Below, piece by piece: positions 9,263 through 19,899 of a stretch of DNA of 64,000 nt. This DNA comes from a virus. Taxonomy: Duplodnaviria > Caudoviricetes. Position 1 is the first letter of the stretch. Each line of letters begins with the position of its first letter. Under the pieces are notes generated by a model. That model was not told where the DNA came from, searched no databases, and worked only from the letters and a program-made list of their open reading frames with translations. The DNA lies in IMG/VR virus record IMGVR_UViG_640753059_000001. One strand, 5' to 3'. The translations under genes were made by a program, and so were the position numbers.

Positions 9263-9293
9263 AAAGCCGCCCCTCACCGGGCGGCTTTTTTAT
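9263..9293 (+). terminator. Intrinsic terminator
   Basis: AAAGCCGCCC-ctcacc-GGGCGGCTTT followed by T-run. Confidence 0.85.
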
Positions 9294-9303
9294 TGGGGGC
9301 ATC

Positions 9304-9633
9304 ATGGCCACCGTCTATGAAATTCCTGTCACGACTGGGGGTGGGAACCAGTCATTCGAGGTGGAGTTGGGCGGCACCGCTTACCTGCTTGCCCTCAACT
9401 GGCGCGCGGCTCGTGATGCAGGTTGGGTGCTTGATATAGCTACCAGCGATGGGGCGGCCTTAGTCAACGGCATCCCCCTCCTGCCTGGCATCGATCTGCT
9501 CGGCTCCTACAAGCATCTCGGCATCGGTGGTGGGGGCACGATCTACGTCACTACGGATGGCGACCCTCAGGCGCCGCCCATGTTCGCCAATCTCGGGCAG
9601 ACGGCTCACCTCTATTGGGTCCCGGTGGAATGA
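9304..9633 (+). CDS. Baseplate plug-like protein (DUF6983-like)
   Basis: 'WVLDIA...LVNGIPL...DLL' motif; synteny. Confidence 0.7.
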   Translation: MATVYEIPVTTGGGNQSFEVELGGTAYLLALNWRAARDAGWVLDIATSDGAALVNGIPLLPGIDLLGSYKHLGIGGGGTIYVTTDGDPQAPPMFANLGQTAHLYWVPVE

Positions 9634-10610
9634 CGCAGCAGTGGCTTCGCAAGGTCCGTCTCGTGGTCGGAAACGGCTCAGATGGGATCGACTGTTCCGA
9701 CATGCGCATCCGTTTCATGGTGCGGACGCAGGATTCTCAGACACCGTGGCACGCAGACATCACGATAACCAACCTATCGAACGCCACAGCGAACAAGATC
9801 CGCAAAGAATATCACGAAGTTTATCTTGAGGCCGGATACCAGGGGAACTCAGCCGAGATTTTCCGGGGAGAAATCCTCCAGGTGCGAGGCCCCGGCCGGG
9901 AAAGCCCGACTGATACCTATTTGAATATCTTGGCATCGGCTTCTCAGCAGGCTCATTCCTACGCGGTGGTGAACAAGACCCTCGCGGCAGGGCATACCTT
10001 CAGGGATCAGGTAGACGCCTGCCTTGAGGCCCTTAAGCCCTATGGCGTGACGGCCGGCTATATTACCGATCTCGGCAGCACCAAGATGCCGCGCGGGCGA
10101 GCTATGTTCGGGATGGCGCGGAACCAATTGCGGTCTATTTGCATGTCGGTGGGCGCTGCATGCTTTATTGACGGGAAAAAGCTTAACATCGTCAAGTACG
10201 GCGAGAGCTTGCCGGGTAACACCACTGTCATCAACTCGGAAACCGGGATGATTGGCATGCCGATCCAGACGATTGAGGGTGTGGAGGCCAGGTGTCTTCT
10301 AAACCCGCGTCTGAAAGTTACATCACTTGTGAAGATCGATGAGGCTAGCATTCAAAAGGCTAAGCTGGCGGTGGACCAAGTGACAGGAACGGCGATAGCC
10401 TCAAATGGGGCATATGGGAATAGCTTGCAGCAGAATATGCTTGACTTCAATATTGATCCTGACGGCACATACAAAATATTGCAAGTAACCCATATCGGCG
10501 ACACCAGAGGTACGGAGTTCTACACAGACGTTCTGTGCCGTTCCTATGCCCATGGGACTTCTCCTGCTGCTGGCGCGCGCGGGCTCGGCGACCCCTCCGG
10601 GAGCAACTGA
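9630..10610 (+). CDS. Baseplate hub protein
   Basis: 'ITNLS...LEAGY...GMIGMP...CLLNP' motifs; synteny. Confidence 0.8.
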   Translation: MTQQWLRKVRLVVGNGSDGIDCSDMRIRFMVRTQDSQTPWHADITITNLSNATANKIRKEYHEVYLEAGYQGNSAEIFRGEILQVRGPGRESPTDTYLNILASASQQAHSYAVVNKTLAAGHTFRDQVDACLEALKPYGVTAGYITDLGSTKMPRGRAMFGMARNQLRSICMSVGAACFIDGKKLNIVKYGESLPGNTTVINSETGMIGMPIQTIEGVEARCLLNPRLKVTSLVKIDEASIQKAKLAVDQVTGTAIASNGAYGNSLQQNMLDFNIDPDGTYKILQVTHIGDTRGTEFYTDVLCRSYAHGTSPAAGARGLGDPSGSN

Positions 10611-10612
10611 AC

Positions 10613-11275
10613 ATGGATACCAGATCACGGTACGAGGACCTTCGCGAGGCTATTGAGACAACAGTTGAAAACCGCCTTGTTGAGCTGCGTACAGCAGAAC
10701 ATGCGACGGTCGTCTCGTGGGACCCCGTAAAACAGACGATGGTCGCCCAGCCCACCAATAAGGCGCTCATTCGGAAGCCAGATGGGACCAAGGAATGGGT
10801 GCAGATGCCCCAGATTCCGGACGTGAAGATACATTATCCATCGGGCAACGGCATTACCGTCACGCACCCTCTCAAGGAGGGAGACGAGGTTCTTCTTATT
10901 ATGGCGTCCCGCTCTCCGGATGTCTGGCAGCAGAGCGGCGGCGACCAGCAGATCATCGATACCCGGCTTCATGACCTATCCAACGCCTTCTGCATCCCGG
11001 GGTTCAAGTCGGACGCCAAGGCTCTGGAAAATGTCTCGCCGGACTCCACCCAGATCCGTTCCGACGACGGGCAGACGGTAATCGACATTAAGGGTGGGTC
11101 GGTCGCTCTAAAGGCGCAGAATACTGAAGTTCAGGTTACGAACGACGCCGCGACCATGAAGAAGGGCGATATGAAGATCATCGTCTCCTCCTCCCGCGTC
11201 GATCTTGGGGGCACTGGAGGTCAGGCCGTCATGACTGAGGGCGGCCCGTCCACCAAAGTGTTCGCGGTGATCTGA
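10613..11275 (+). CDS. Baseplate spike (Gp138-like)
   Basis: OB-fold N-terminus, 'RLHDLSNAF', beta-helix C-terminus. Confidence 0.8.
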   Translation: MDTRSRYEDLREAIETTVENRLVELRTAEHATVVSWDPVKQTMVAQPTNKALIRKPDGTKEWVQMPQIPDVKIHYPSGNGITVTHPLKEGDEVLLIMASRSPDVWQQSGGDQQIIDTRLHDLSNAFCIPGFKSDAKALENVSPDSTQIRSDDGQTVIDIKGGSVALKAQNTEVQVTNDAATMKKGDMKIIVSSSRVDLGGTGGQAVMTEGGPSTKVFAVI

Positions 11276-11742
11276 TGCGTTACCGGAAACTTGACGTAAA
11301 CGGCGACATGATGTTTGGCCGGGGGCAGGCTGATTTCTATCGAGATGTCCCCGAAGCCCCTGCGCAGGCCGTGAAGACCCGCCTTTTCCTCCGCCTAGGG
11401 GAGTGGTTTCTGGACACGTCAGACGGCACCCCGTGGAATACTGAAATCCTCGGGGCGCACACGCAGAACACCCGTGACGCGGCGCTGAGGGAGCGGATCG
11501 AGGGCACCACTGGCGTCTCTTCGCTTGATGCCTACTCGTCGTCCTACAATTCCGACACGCGATCCCTATCCGTGTCAGCGACGATTACCACGTCCTACGG
11601 CGTGTCCACGCTCTATTACACCAATGGCCAGACCAAGACCTCTGACCAGTTGGCTCAGGAAGCCGAAACCGCGACCGACGTGATTGACGCGGTCTATGGG
11701 CAACTCGACTTCTCCAACCCCTTCCAGTCCGGGTGGCTCTGA
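11275..11742 (+). CDS. Baseplate wedge protein (gp25/gp46-like)
   Basis: 'AQAVKTRL...GEWFLD...GTPW'. Confidence 0.8.
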   Translation: MRYRKLDVNGDMMFGRGQADFYRDVPEAPAQAVKTRLFLRLGEWFLDTSDGTPWNTEILGAHTQNTRDAALRERIEGTTGVSSLDAYSSSYNSDTRSLSVSATITTSYGVSTLYYTNGQTKTSDQLAQEAETATDVIDAVYGQLDFSNPFQSGWL

Positions 11743-12911
11743 TGGCGATTACATGCACCATCGACGCGACTGGCATTACGGCTCCCTCTCTGGACGATGT
11801 CCGGACGTGGCTCGTTGGGCAGTACCAGTCGATCTATGGGTCAGATGTTTATCTTGAGCCCGACAGCCAAGACGGTCAGTGGATCGGCATTCTAGCAACG
11901 GCACTTCATGACGCCAACTCCATGTGCGTCTCGACCTACAACGCGTTCTCCCCTGCTACGGCACAGGGGGAGGGCCTGTCCCGAATGGTGAAGATCAACG
12001 GGCTTTCCCGGCATGTCGCATCTAAGTCCCAGGTTGACCTCCTTCTCGGCGGCACGGCGGGGACGACCATCGCCGGGGGCTACGCCACGGATGATACCGG
12101 CAACAAGTGGATGCTGCCGGATAGCGTCGTCATTGGAATGGCAGGGCAGATCACAGTAACCGCAACCGCAGCCGATGCCGGCGCGGTCACTGCAACTGCT
12201 GGCTCGGTTACGACCATAGGAACCCCGACGCGGGGCTGGCAGACGGTCACGAACCTTCTTGCTGCGGTTGAGGGCGACCCAATCGAGACGGATCTGGAAC
12301 TGCGCCAGCGGCAGGCGGTCTCGACTGAGATCCCGTCGCAGACGATCTTTGAAGGACTTGTCGGCGCCGTGGCGGCTGTGGCTGGGGTGACCCGCTATGG
12401 CGGTGTGGACAACGACACGGACGCCACGGACGAAAACGGCATTCCGGGGCATTCGTTCTCTCTTGTGATCGAGGGCGGGGATGCGGCGACCATCGCTCAG
12501 ACGATCTACACCAAGAAGGGGCCGGGGGCTGGGACGTGGGGCACGACTTCTGAAGTTGTAGTGGACAGCTATGGCGTACCGCACACCATCAAGTTCATGC
12601 GCCCGACAAACATCCCGGTTGTCGTCGCACTTACGCTCAAGGCTCTCACTGGATACACATCGAACATTGGGGCCAAGATCAAGACGGCCGTGGCCGAATA
12701 TATCAATGATCTGGCGATTGGTGATGAGGTTTACCTCACCCGCCTCTTCGTTCCGGCAAACCTGTCTGGAAGTGCCGATAGTGTGACCTTCGATATCACC
12801 GGCCTCCTCATCGCACGGGGCACGGACAGTCCCGGCTCGGCTAATCTGACGTTCGCCTATCATGAGGCCCCGGCCTGTTCCGTCGATGACATCACAATCA
12901 CGGTGATCTGA
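11742..12911 (+). CDS. Baseplate J-like protein
   Basis: 'ETDLELRQR' and typical J motifs. Confidence 0.9.
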   Translation: MAITCTIDATGITAPSLDDVRTWLVGQYQSIYGSDVYLEPDSQDGQWIGILATALHDANSMCVSTYNAFSPATAQGEGLSRMVKINGLSRHVASKSQVDLLLGGTAGTTIAGGYATDDTGNKWMLPDSVVIGMAGQITVTATAADAGAVTATAGSVTTIGTPTRGWQTVTNLLAAVEGDPIETDLELRQRQAVSTEIPSQTIFEGLVGAVAAVAGVTRYGGVDNDTDATDENGIPGHSFSLVIEGGDAATIAQTIYTKKGPGAGTWGTTSEVVVDSYGVPHTIKFMRPTNIPVVVALTLKALTGYTSNIGAKIKTAVAEYINDLAIGDEVYLTRLFVPANLSGSADSVTFDITGLLIARGTDSPGSANLTFAYHEAPACSVDDITITVI

Positions 12912-13615
12912 TGGCCGATGCTCCCTTCACCGTAGACGACTATGTCGGCCTTATCACCTCGGAGCACCGAGGGAAGGCGCGGTTCACAGCTACGGTTCGT
13001 GCGACCGTGCAGCCGGCGGCGGACACGCAGGCGTTTCTTGATGACCTGCCCGGCGCCTTCGATCTGGATAGCGCGATTGGCGTCCAGCTTGATGCGGTGG
13101 GAGCATGGGTCGGCATCTCCCGGCTCATCTCCATTCCCCTCATCACGGTCTGGTTCTCATGGGGTATCGTCGGGCGGGGATGGGGTGAAGGCATCTGGAA
13201 AGGACCTTACGACCCCGAGACCGGCATCTATGCCCTTGATGACGACACGTACCGCAAGCTCATCCGCCTCAAGATCCTGGTGAACAACTGGGATGGATTG
13301 ACGGGCTCTGCGGCCAGCGCGTTTGAAGACTTCTATGCCTCGGACGGCAGCTATCCGTTCATCCTCGATAATGAGGACATGAGCATGACGGCCTGCATCT
13401 CTGGTGCCCGCCCTCCTGCGATCATGTTCGCCATTTTTGCCGGGCGTTACGTTGAGTTCAAGCCGGCGTCTGTCCGCATCCTGAATGTCGTCCCGTCTGT
13501 CCCAAATACGCCAGCATTCGGGTTCGGCGTTGACAACGAATACATCGCGGGATGGGGAACGGGCTCTTGGGTCCGCGACGCTGAAGAAGCGATGATCGAA
13601 GAGCTTTCAGTCTAA
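12911..13615 (+). CDS. Baseplate wedge protein DUF2612-like
   Basis: 'FDLDSAIGVQLDAVGAWVG...LDDDTYR...NNWDG'. Confidence 0.85.
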   Translation: MADAPFTVDDYVGLITSEHRGKARFTATVRATVQPAADTQAFLDDLPGAFDLDSAIGVQLDAVGAWVGISRLISIPLITVWFSWGIVGRGWGEGIWKGPYDPETGIYALDDDTYRKLIRLKILVNNWDGLTGSAASAFEDFYASDGSYPFILDNEDMSMTACISGARPPAIMFAIFAGRYVEFKPASVRILNVVPSVPNTPAFGFGVDNEYIAGWGTGSWVRDAEEAMIEELSV

Positions 13616-13692
13616 GCCCAACAACACCGACACGCAACGAACCGTCACGCACGCGAAAGCGGGCGCTGGCGGCGCTTTGTCTTGGAGCCCTC

Positions 13693-14970
13693 ATGGCAAC
13701 GAATGATTTTCTTCCCTTCGGCACGGGCGCCGGGGCAAATGTGGTGTCTCAAGCCGTGTGGGCCGCACTCGCAACACGTGCGAACGGGTTCCAGAACGGG
13801 GTGGCCGATCCCCAGCCGGTCAACAAGGCGATCCGTCAGGCGGCATTCGTCGCGGCGATGATCGGCCAGTTCACGGCCGACTACGGCGGTGATGCTCTCG
13901 ACAATGGCGACCTCCCCACATTTGAGGCCCATTTCAAGGCGGCCCTTGCCGCATGGATCGCCAGCGGCTCCTCACCCATCGACCTGAGCAGCTACGTCCT
14001 GCGTGCGGGCGATACCATGACGGGGCTCTTCTCTGCCCCGGCTGGGTTCAAGACTGCATCCCGCACGCTGACGACTGCGACGACCCTCACGACTGCGGAC
14101 TTCGGGAAATTCGTCTCCCTTTCTTCGGGCAGCACCTTTACGACCACTTTCCCGACGCCTGTCAGCAATGGCAGCGGGGCCTTCACGGTCTTCAACAATT
14201 CAGTCGTGGCGCAGACCGTAAGCACTCCGGCAGGTGCCTTCCTTGGTCCGGGCGCTTCCAGCGGGACCACTGAATCCATCCCGGCGGGCTCTGTCTACCG
14301 TTATGTCAGCGACGGCTCCAACTGGATCAGATCGGTTGCCACCAACGCCCCGAATGCCCTGCCGAAGCTCTCTTTTATCCAGACCACGCAGACTTGGACC
14401 AGAGCGGCAGGCGCAACGAAAGCCTTCGTCATCGCCCATGGGCCGGGGGGCGCCGGTGGTGGCGAACCAGCCGGCGCGCCGACCACGGCCGGTGGCTCTG
14501 GCGGGGGCGGGGGGGGATGGGCGATGTCTCTTCTCGATATCTCGTCCACTGCATCGTCGCTCGTGACTATCCCATCCGGCGGGGTCGGGGTTTCTGGCTC
14601 GACGGGGGGGGATGGCGCCGGGAACACGTCATTTGGGACCCTTGTCGTGGCCGGCCCTGGGTCTGGTGGGCGCACTGGGTCTGGTGGCAACAGCATCCCC
14701 GGTGGGCTCCCTGGCACCGGCATCACAGGGCAGATCCTTGGGAAGGGGAGCCCCGGCGGCACCAACTTCTGGGAATCCCCTGATATTGGGGCCAACGGCG
14801 GCGATGGCCTCTTCGGCGGCGGTGGGCGTGGCGGGTGTGATGATGGGGGGAGCTTCCCCGCCGTAGCGGGCGTCATGGGCGGCGGCGGCGGCGGGTCCGA
14901 TTCTGCCGACGCGACTGCTGGCGCTGGTGCCAATGGTGGCGATGGCTGGTGTCTTGTGTGGGAGTTCTGA
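13693..14970 (+). CDS. Tail fibre protein with Gly-rich C-terminus
   Basis: 'MATNDFLPF...GANV' fibre N-terminus; GGxG repeats. Confidence 0.85.
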   Translation: MATNDFLPFGTGAGANVVSQAVWAALATRANGFQNGVADPQPVNKAIRQAAFVAAMIGQFTADYGGDALDNGDLPTFEAHFKAALAAWIASGSSPIDLSSYVLRAGDTMTGLFSAPAGFKTASRTLTTATTLTTADFGKFVSLSSGSTFTTTFPTPVSNGSGAFTVFNNSVVAQTVSTPAGAFLGPGASSGTTESIPAGSVYRYVSDGSNWIRSVATNAPNALPKLSFIQTTQTWTRAAGATKAFVIAHGPGGAGGGEPAGAPTTAGGSGGGGGGWAMSLLDISSTASSLVTIPSGGVGVSGSTGGDGAGNTSFGTLVVAGPGSGGRTGSGGNSIPGGLPGTGITGQILGKGSPGGTNFWESPDIGANGGDGLFGGGGRGGCDDGGSFPAVAGVMGGGGGGSDSADATAGAGANGGDGWCLVWEF

Positions 14971-14972
14971 GC

Positions 14973-15482
14973 ATGCGGGTTGCATTTTATAAGGACGGCG
15001 TCTGCACGCATGTTCTCAACTGTTCCGAGGGGTGGGAAGATCTTTTCCCAGACGAGACCGGCATTGCCAGCGAGACGGCGAATGCCGGGGATACATGGGA
15101 TGGGGCGTCTTTCATCTCCCCCCCTCCTCCTCCTCCCGGAATCGGTGATGTTCTTGCCGAGCGGGACAGGCGGCTCTCCCTAGGCTTCTCCTACGACTTT
15201 GGGGATGCCCGTGGCGTCCACCAGATCGGGACCACTTCCGCCGACATGACCGGATGGGATGAAGTCACGAAGGTGGCACAGGCCATGATCGCGACGGGGG
15301 CTGCTACGGCCACCATTGAGATCATCACCAATACCGGGCCTGCGACGGTCACGGCATCGGAGTGGATGGCGATCCTCCTTGCCGCTGGCGCCCATCGCCA
15401 GCCCATCTGGCAGGCATCGTTTGTCCTTCAGGCAATGAACCCCATCCCGGCTGATTACGCCGCCGACAGCCATTGGGCCTGA
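14973..15482 (+). CDS. Tail fibre assembly protein (DUF4376-like)
   Basis: Follows fibre; 'ERDRRL...IPADYAADSHW'. Confidence 0.65.
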   Translation: MRVAFYKDGVCTHVLNCSEGWEDLFPDETGIASETANAGDTWDGASFISPPPPPPGIGDVLAERDRRLSLGFSYDFGDARGVHQIGTTSADMTGWDEVTKVAQAMIATGAATATIEIITNTGPATVTASEWMAILLAAGAHRQPIWQASFVLQAMNPIPADYAADSHWA

Positions 15483-15507
15483 CGGGCGAACTCCTGAGGC
15501 ATAACTT

Positions 15508-16077
15508 ATGGCAACGCAGAATAACACGCAGGTGCGTGATGGCCTCGGCGCGCTTGTAACGCGGCGCTCCTATGACAAGGACGGGGCGCGGGCTGATGCG
15601 CCTTTCATCCCGGAAATCGGAGAGACCTCTGATAGCGCATGGGACGGCACCAGCTCGGCGGGGCTGATTGGCATTCTCAAGGCCATCTGGACAAAGCTGG
15701 GGGGGATCGGGCTCAAGGTGGGCGCCTCGGCGCTCTCCGTCACTAACCCCATGTTCGTCAGCCTTTCCAACGGGGCGAGCGGCGTTACTCCGGTCACGGG
15801 GTCACTCTCGGCCACGGGATATAGCGCTCCGTTCACCCCTATCCCCGGCCGGCCCTTCAACTTCACCGCGACCGGGACCTTCGTCGGGACCCTGGTTCTT
15901 GAGCGGTCTTTCGACGGCGGGGTGACGATGGTCGCCCTGACCGCACTCGGCTCCCCACTCTACACGTTCACCGGCCCCTTCAGCGAATCATACACTGAAG
16001 ATGAAAGCGGCGTGCAGTACTTCATTCACTGCACGTCTTACACCTCCGGAACCATCAACTACAGGATGAGCGCATGA
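15508..16077 (+). CDS. Putative virion/tail adaptor protein
   Basis: Beta-rich C-terminal domain 'FVGTLVLERSFDGG'; tail context. Confidence 0.5.
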   Translation: MATQNNTQVRDGLGALVTRRSYDKDGARADAPFIPEIGETSDSAWDGTSSAGLIGILKAIWTKLGGIGLKVGASALSVTNPMFVSLSNGASGVTPVTGSLSATGYSAPFTPIPGRPFNFTATGTFVGTLVLERSFDGGVTMVALTALGSPLYTFTGPFSESYTEDESGVQYFIHCTSYTSGTINYRMSA

Positions 16078-18200
16078 GCGTGCATGATACTGCGCTCCGC
16101 GTAGGGGCGTCCGCTGCCATTAACCTTGGCATCACGCGAGCCGATATCCCCAGCCGGGTCATCCCGTTTCGCTCCATCACCTTGTCTGGCTTTTATGCGG
16201 CCGGGGACCTCGGCGCAGGCGCAGTCTACGTGCGCGGCACCAGCTCCGGCCCGATGGCGGTTCGTGATGCGGCCGGGACATGGTGGAACCTCTATGTCAG
16301 TCAGGGCGTGGGAGCGGGATGGTTCGGCGACCTGACCGGTGCCGATGCTGGCCCTGTGATTAATGCGGCGATTACGGCCATGGGGGCAGTCGGCGGCGGA
16401 CAGGTGCGCATCCCGGCGGGAACGTTCAACGTCGCAACGGACCTTGTCCCGAAGTCAAACGTCACTGTATCCGGGCTCTACGGTGCGAGCACTCTGAAGG
16501 TTCCGGACGGGAACTCGACGCGAAACAGAATTTTCTATTCCGTTTCTAGCGGTAACGCATGCAATAATTTCGTTCTAGACGGCCTTTCGTTCGAGGGGCA
16601 GTGGGCCAACATCCAATCTGAAACTCCGGATAATGGTCTCGTCACTCTAAAATATGTGACCGGGCTTTTGGTCTTGAAGTGCAGGTTTAGGAATTCAAGA
16701 TACTTCTGCTTAAATGTCAATGAGTGTGACTACGTTATCGTAGATAAGTGCTCACTGAAATACTCGTGCCGCGATATGATCGCGGTCTGGGGCACCCCAA
16801 ACGTACAAGTGACGGATAATAACCTCGAACACAATGACGATGACGGAATTTCGATCAACCTTGAGACCGACCAGCTTAACCCTGTCCGGTCGCGCATCAT
16901 AGTTTCCAGAAATACGCTAGTTGATACTGGTCCGATCAGGACTGAGGCCCCGAAGAACGTAACTGTCGTAGATAACAACGTTCACCGCCCGCGTGGGTCT
17001 GGAATTCATGTTGGGATCACGAACACGTCCGGGGTTGGGACTTCGTCCGGCCTCAATGTGCTGGTGGAAGGAAACACGATCACCGACGTGATCGACCGCG
17101 CTTGGTTCACCTCTGGCGAACAGGTCGGGTCGGTGAATAGCCGCATCTACATCCTCGTGAACTCTCTCAAGCCACAAGCGGGATCGCTTTCGGCCATTCC
17201 CGGAGAGATCAACGCATCTGGCGTGGTGCAGGACCCTTACGGATACTTCTACACAGATGCTACTGTAGGCGGAACCGACCCTATCCGCGCGTCGAAAAAC
17301 ATCATCGTGCGTGGCAACATCTGCCAGAGGACACTCCCGGCCGCGACGAACTACACAGACTGGGGCTTCGGGCAGGCATTCACCAAAAACGGGTGGGTGA
17401 ACTATCAGGTTCCTGATGCTGTACTGCGTGGCTGCGGCATCCTGGCTCGCCTCCCGCAGAGTGGGTTGCGGATCGAGGAAAATGTCATCGAGGCCGGGCG
17501 CTACGGCATCGCATTTGAGGTGCTGTCCGGCGTAACGCTGGCGTCGCGCTTGGCGCAGGACTGCTCGGTGATGCGGAATAAGGTGCGTGACGCCGATCTT
17601 TACGGCATCGCATGGCTCTCCTCTGGATCCCTGACGCACCAAGACATCACCTTTGATGGCAACGACATCGACTGCGACCCCTACTTCACGAACTCGAACC
17701 GAGGCGCGAACGGGACATGGGCCACAAGCGCGACCCCGGTGGCGCTACAGGTCCCCAATCTGGGGTCGGCAGTCATCCTGCGGCAGCGCATTCGCAACTG
17801 CTCTCAGGTCATTGTGCAGACCGGCGTGTCAGTCCTCCAATATTTGGACGGCAACCTGTTGTTCGCAGACCCCGCCGCTGTTGGGTTCTCTACGTCCAAC
17901 AAGGGCATCGGAAACTTGCCCCCGATCGGTGGAGGGGAGCACTGGTGGCTTCAGGCAGTAGACAGCGACCCTCTGTCCGCAACCTACGGGGCTTCGCTTG
18001 GCACAAATATGCGAACGAATAGCGGGGCGCCATCTTCCGGGAAGTGGCTCGCTGGCATGCGGGTAGCGAACCGGGCCTCCGCTGAGAGCGGGACGGCTGG
18101 AAGCAAGTACATCCCGGCATTTTACTCTCGCGTTACGACGGGGACAGGGTCGGTCCTGAATACGGACTGGTTCGAGATGCGTTGCCCGACTGGCAACTGA
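16074..18200 (+). CDS. Tailspike/depolymerase, pectate-lyase-like right-handed beta-helix
   Basis: 'AAI...GGGQVRIPAGTF', 'DDGISI', Asn-ladder repeats. Confidence 0.8.
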   Translation: MSVHDTALRVGASAAINLGITRADIPSRVIPFRSITLSGFYAAGDLGAGAVYVRGTSSGPMAVRDAAGTWWNLYVSQGVGAGWFGDLTGADAGPVINAAITAMGAVGGGQVRIPAGTFNVATDLVPKSNVTVSGLYGASTLKVPDGNSTRNRIFYSVSSGNACNNFVLDGLSFEGQWANIQSETPDNGLVTLKYVTGLLVLKCRFRNSRYFCLNVNECDYVIVDKCSLKYSCRDMIAVWGTPNVQVTDNNLEHNDDDGISINLETDQLNPVRSRIIVSRNTLVDTGPIRTEAPKNVTVVDNNVHRPRGSGIHVGITNTSGVGTSSGLNVLVEGNTITDVIDRAWFTSGEQVGSVNSRIYILVNSLKPQAGSLSAIPGEINASGVVQDPYGYFYTDATVGGTDPIRASKNIIVRGNICQRTLPAATNYTDWGFGQAFTKNGWVNYQVPDAVLRGCGILARLPQSGLRIEENVIEAGRYGIAFEVLSGVTLASRLAQDCSVMRNKVRDADLYGIAWLSSGSLTHQDITFDGNDIDCDPYFTNSNRGANGTWATSATPVALQVPNLGSAVILRQRIRNCSQVIVQTGVSVLQYLDGNLLFADPAAVGFSTSNKGIGNLPPIGGGEHWWLQAVDSDPLSATYGASLGTNMRTNSGAPSSGKWLAGMRVANRASAESGTAGSKYIPAFYSRVTTGTGSVLNTDWFEMRCPTGN

Positions 18201-18319
18201 TAGTCCACGTCTCCGGCACCGGCTGGTCTCCGGTCTACGGCACCGCGTCCTAACCTAACCCTCATCCAAGAACACCCATTCGCGCACCTCGCCAATAGCG
18301 GGGGCGAAGGAGCACGCTT

Positions 18320-19858
18320 ATGCCCGGTCCTTTCCCGACGAAGTCCGTTGTCCTCCAGCCATCCGATGGAACGGATGGGCTTGTCCCTCAGACGGAAGCG
18401 CTCCGGGTTTCGGTTTCGCCCGGAGTGGTGAGCCGAATTTGGGGCACCGATAGCACTGGGGCGCATGTCCAGCAGACCTATAGTCATGGGGGGTTACTCG
18501 TTGCTCCTCCGGCTGGTTTCGGCTGGGATTTCACCACATACCCGGTCAACATCTACAAGGATGGCCCGCGCCATTTCACGACTGACTTTGACCATCGCTC
18601 CATCGTCCCGTCAGATGTCTGGAATGGCCCGGTCTATTACGTCTCTCCCACTGGGAACAACGCCAACGCTGGAACATCTCCGGCAACCGCCGTCAGATCG
18701 CTATGGAAGGCCAGAGTGCTCCTTGAGGCGTCCGCCTCTCCGGGGGGCATCATCATGGCTCTCGTTGATCCCACTCTTGGATATACATGGTGGGACCGGA
18801 CAAATGACTTCAACGATACGGCGAATGCGGGTGGGACTGGAGGGAACACCGTCCCAACTAAGCCATTTGCTTTGATGTCCTATGGCGGAAAGAGCTATCT
18901 GGGCGCAATTCATAACACCTCGTGGACCTATGACGCGACGAGCAAGACCTACTCGATGACGCGTTCTGCCGTCGCAACTGTGGTGGATATCAGTTCCTTG
19001 AGCAACTGGGGAGTGTTCAAGCGCCTGACCAAGATCACGGCTGGTGCCGACCTCGCGGCCACGCGTACGCTGGTGGGCGCGGCCCCTGGCTCCTATGCGG
19101 TTACGGCGGCGAACGATGTTGTTGTCCGCCTTGAGACTGATGCCGTGGTTTCAGATGCCACGGTGCGTGTGGTACTGTCCAATGATGCCTTCAAGCCTGG
19201 GGCGGTCTCCGCTTACGTATCGGACTTCAACTTCGTTGGTGGGGTGAACGGGGTTGTCAATGCGACCGCTACGGCCACGCGGAACCTTGCCTTCGACGGG
19301 TGCAGCGCTGGATTCGGAGGGATTGACCTCGGGGCGAAAGCCAACAGTTGGGGGTTCAACAATTCGACCGGCCTCATCGTTCTCCGGAAGTGCTCGGCGG
19401 CTTCCGGTCAGAACGATCTGTTCAACTTCCACCAGACTGCTGGTTCTGTGAATGCTCTGATGATTGACTGCTCCGGCATCGATGCCGGCCGAGCCGGCTC
19501 CTCCCCAGTCTCTCTCTCAAACCAGATCGTAACCGCGCATGAAAACGTCAGGCTTCTGACAATCAATACGGATGGATCTTATTCATCCGGCGGGTGTGTG
19601 CGGAGTATCGGAACATCTCAGCACTGGGACCTTGGGTCAACCTACTCTTATGACCGCGGTGATGTCAGGTACGCCGGGGGATCGGTGAACTCGATAGGCG
19701 TAGGCATGAATGAAAGCACCAAATACTGGGGTGACAGTATTACGGTTCAGGGGTGCATGAACACGTTCTATGCCGAGAGCGGTGCGCAGATTTACCTTCG
19801 TGCCCCAATCGAAATTGGCGGCGTCCGCGCGGGAGCGGGTCTGATCACGTCCTACTGA
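18320..19858 (+). CDS. Second putative beta-helix tailspike/glycanase
   Basis: 'YYVSPTGNNANAGTS' motif and beta-helix-like repeats. Confidence 0.6.
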   Translation: MPGPFPTKSVVLQPSDGTDGLVPQTEALRVSVSPGVVSRIWGTDSTGAHVQQTYSHGGLLVAPPAGFGWDFTTYPVNIYKDGPRHFTTDFDHRSIVPSDVWNGPVYYVSPTGNNANAGTSPATAVRSLWKARVLLEASASPGGIIMALVDPTLGYTWWDRTNDFNDTANAGGTGGNTVPTKPFALMSYGGKSYLGAIHNTSWTYDATSKTYSMTRSAVATVVDISSLSNWGVFKRLTKITAGADLAATRTLVGAAPGSYAVTAANDVVVRLETDAVVSDATVRVVLSNDAFKPGAVSAYVSDFNFVGGVNGVVNATATATRNLAFDGCSAGFGGIDLGAKANSWGFNNSTGLIVLRKCSAASGQNDLFNFHQTAGSVNALMIDCSGIDAGRAGSSPVSLSNQIVTAHENVRLLTINTDGSYSSGGCVRSIGTSQHWDLGSTYSYDRGDVRYAGGSVNSIGVGMNESTKYWGDSITVQGCMNTFYAESGAQIYLRAPIEIGGVRAGAGLITSY

Positions 19859-19899
19859 TCGCCCGCGTCCGTTCTTCCCCTACAATCTGAGGTGACCCC

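Noticed and set aside
18273-18285. 13-mer CACCCATTCGCGC shared with 50267-50279
   Set aside because: A 13-nt match between distant sites is expected by chance in 64 kb
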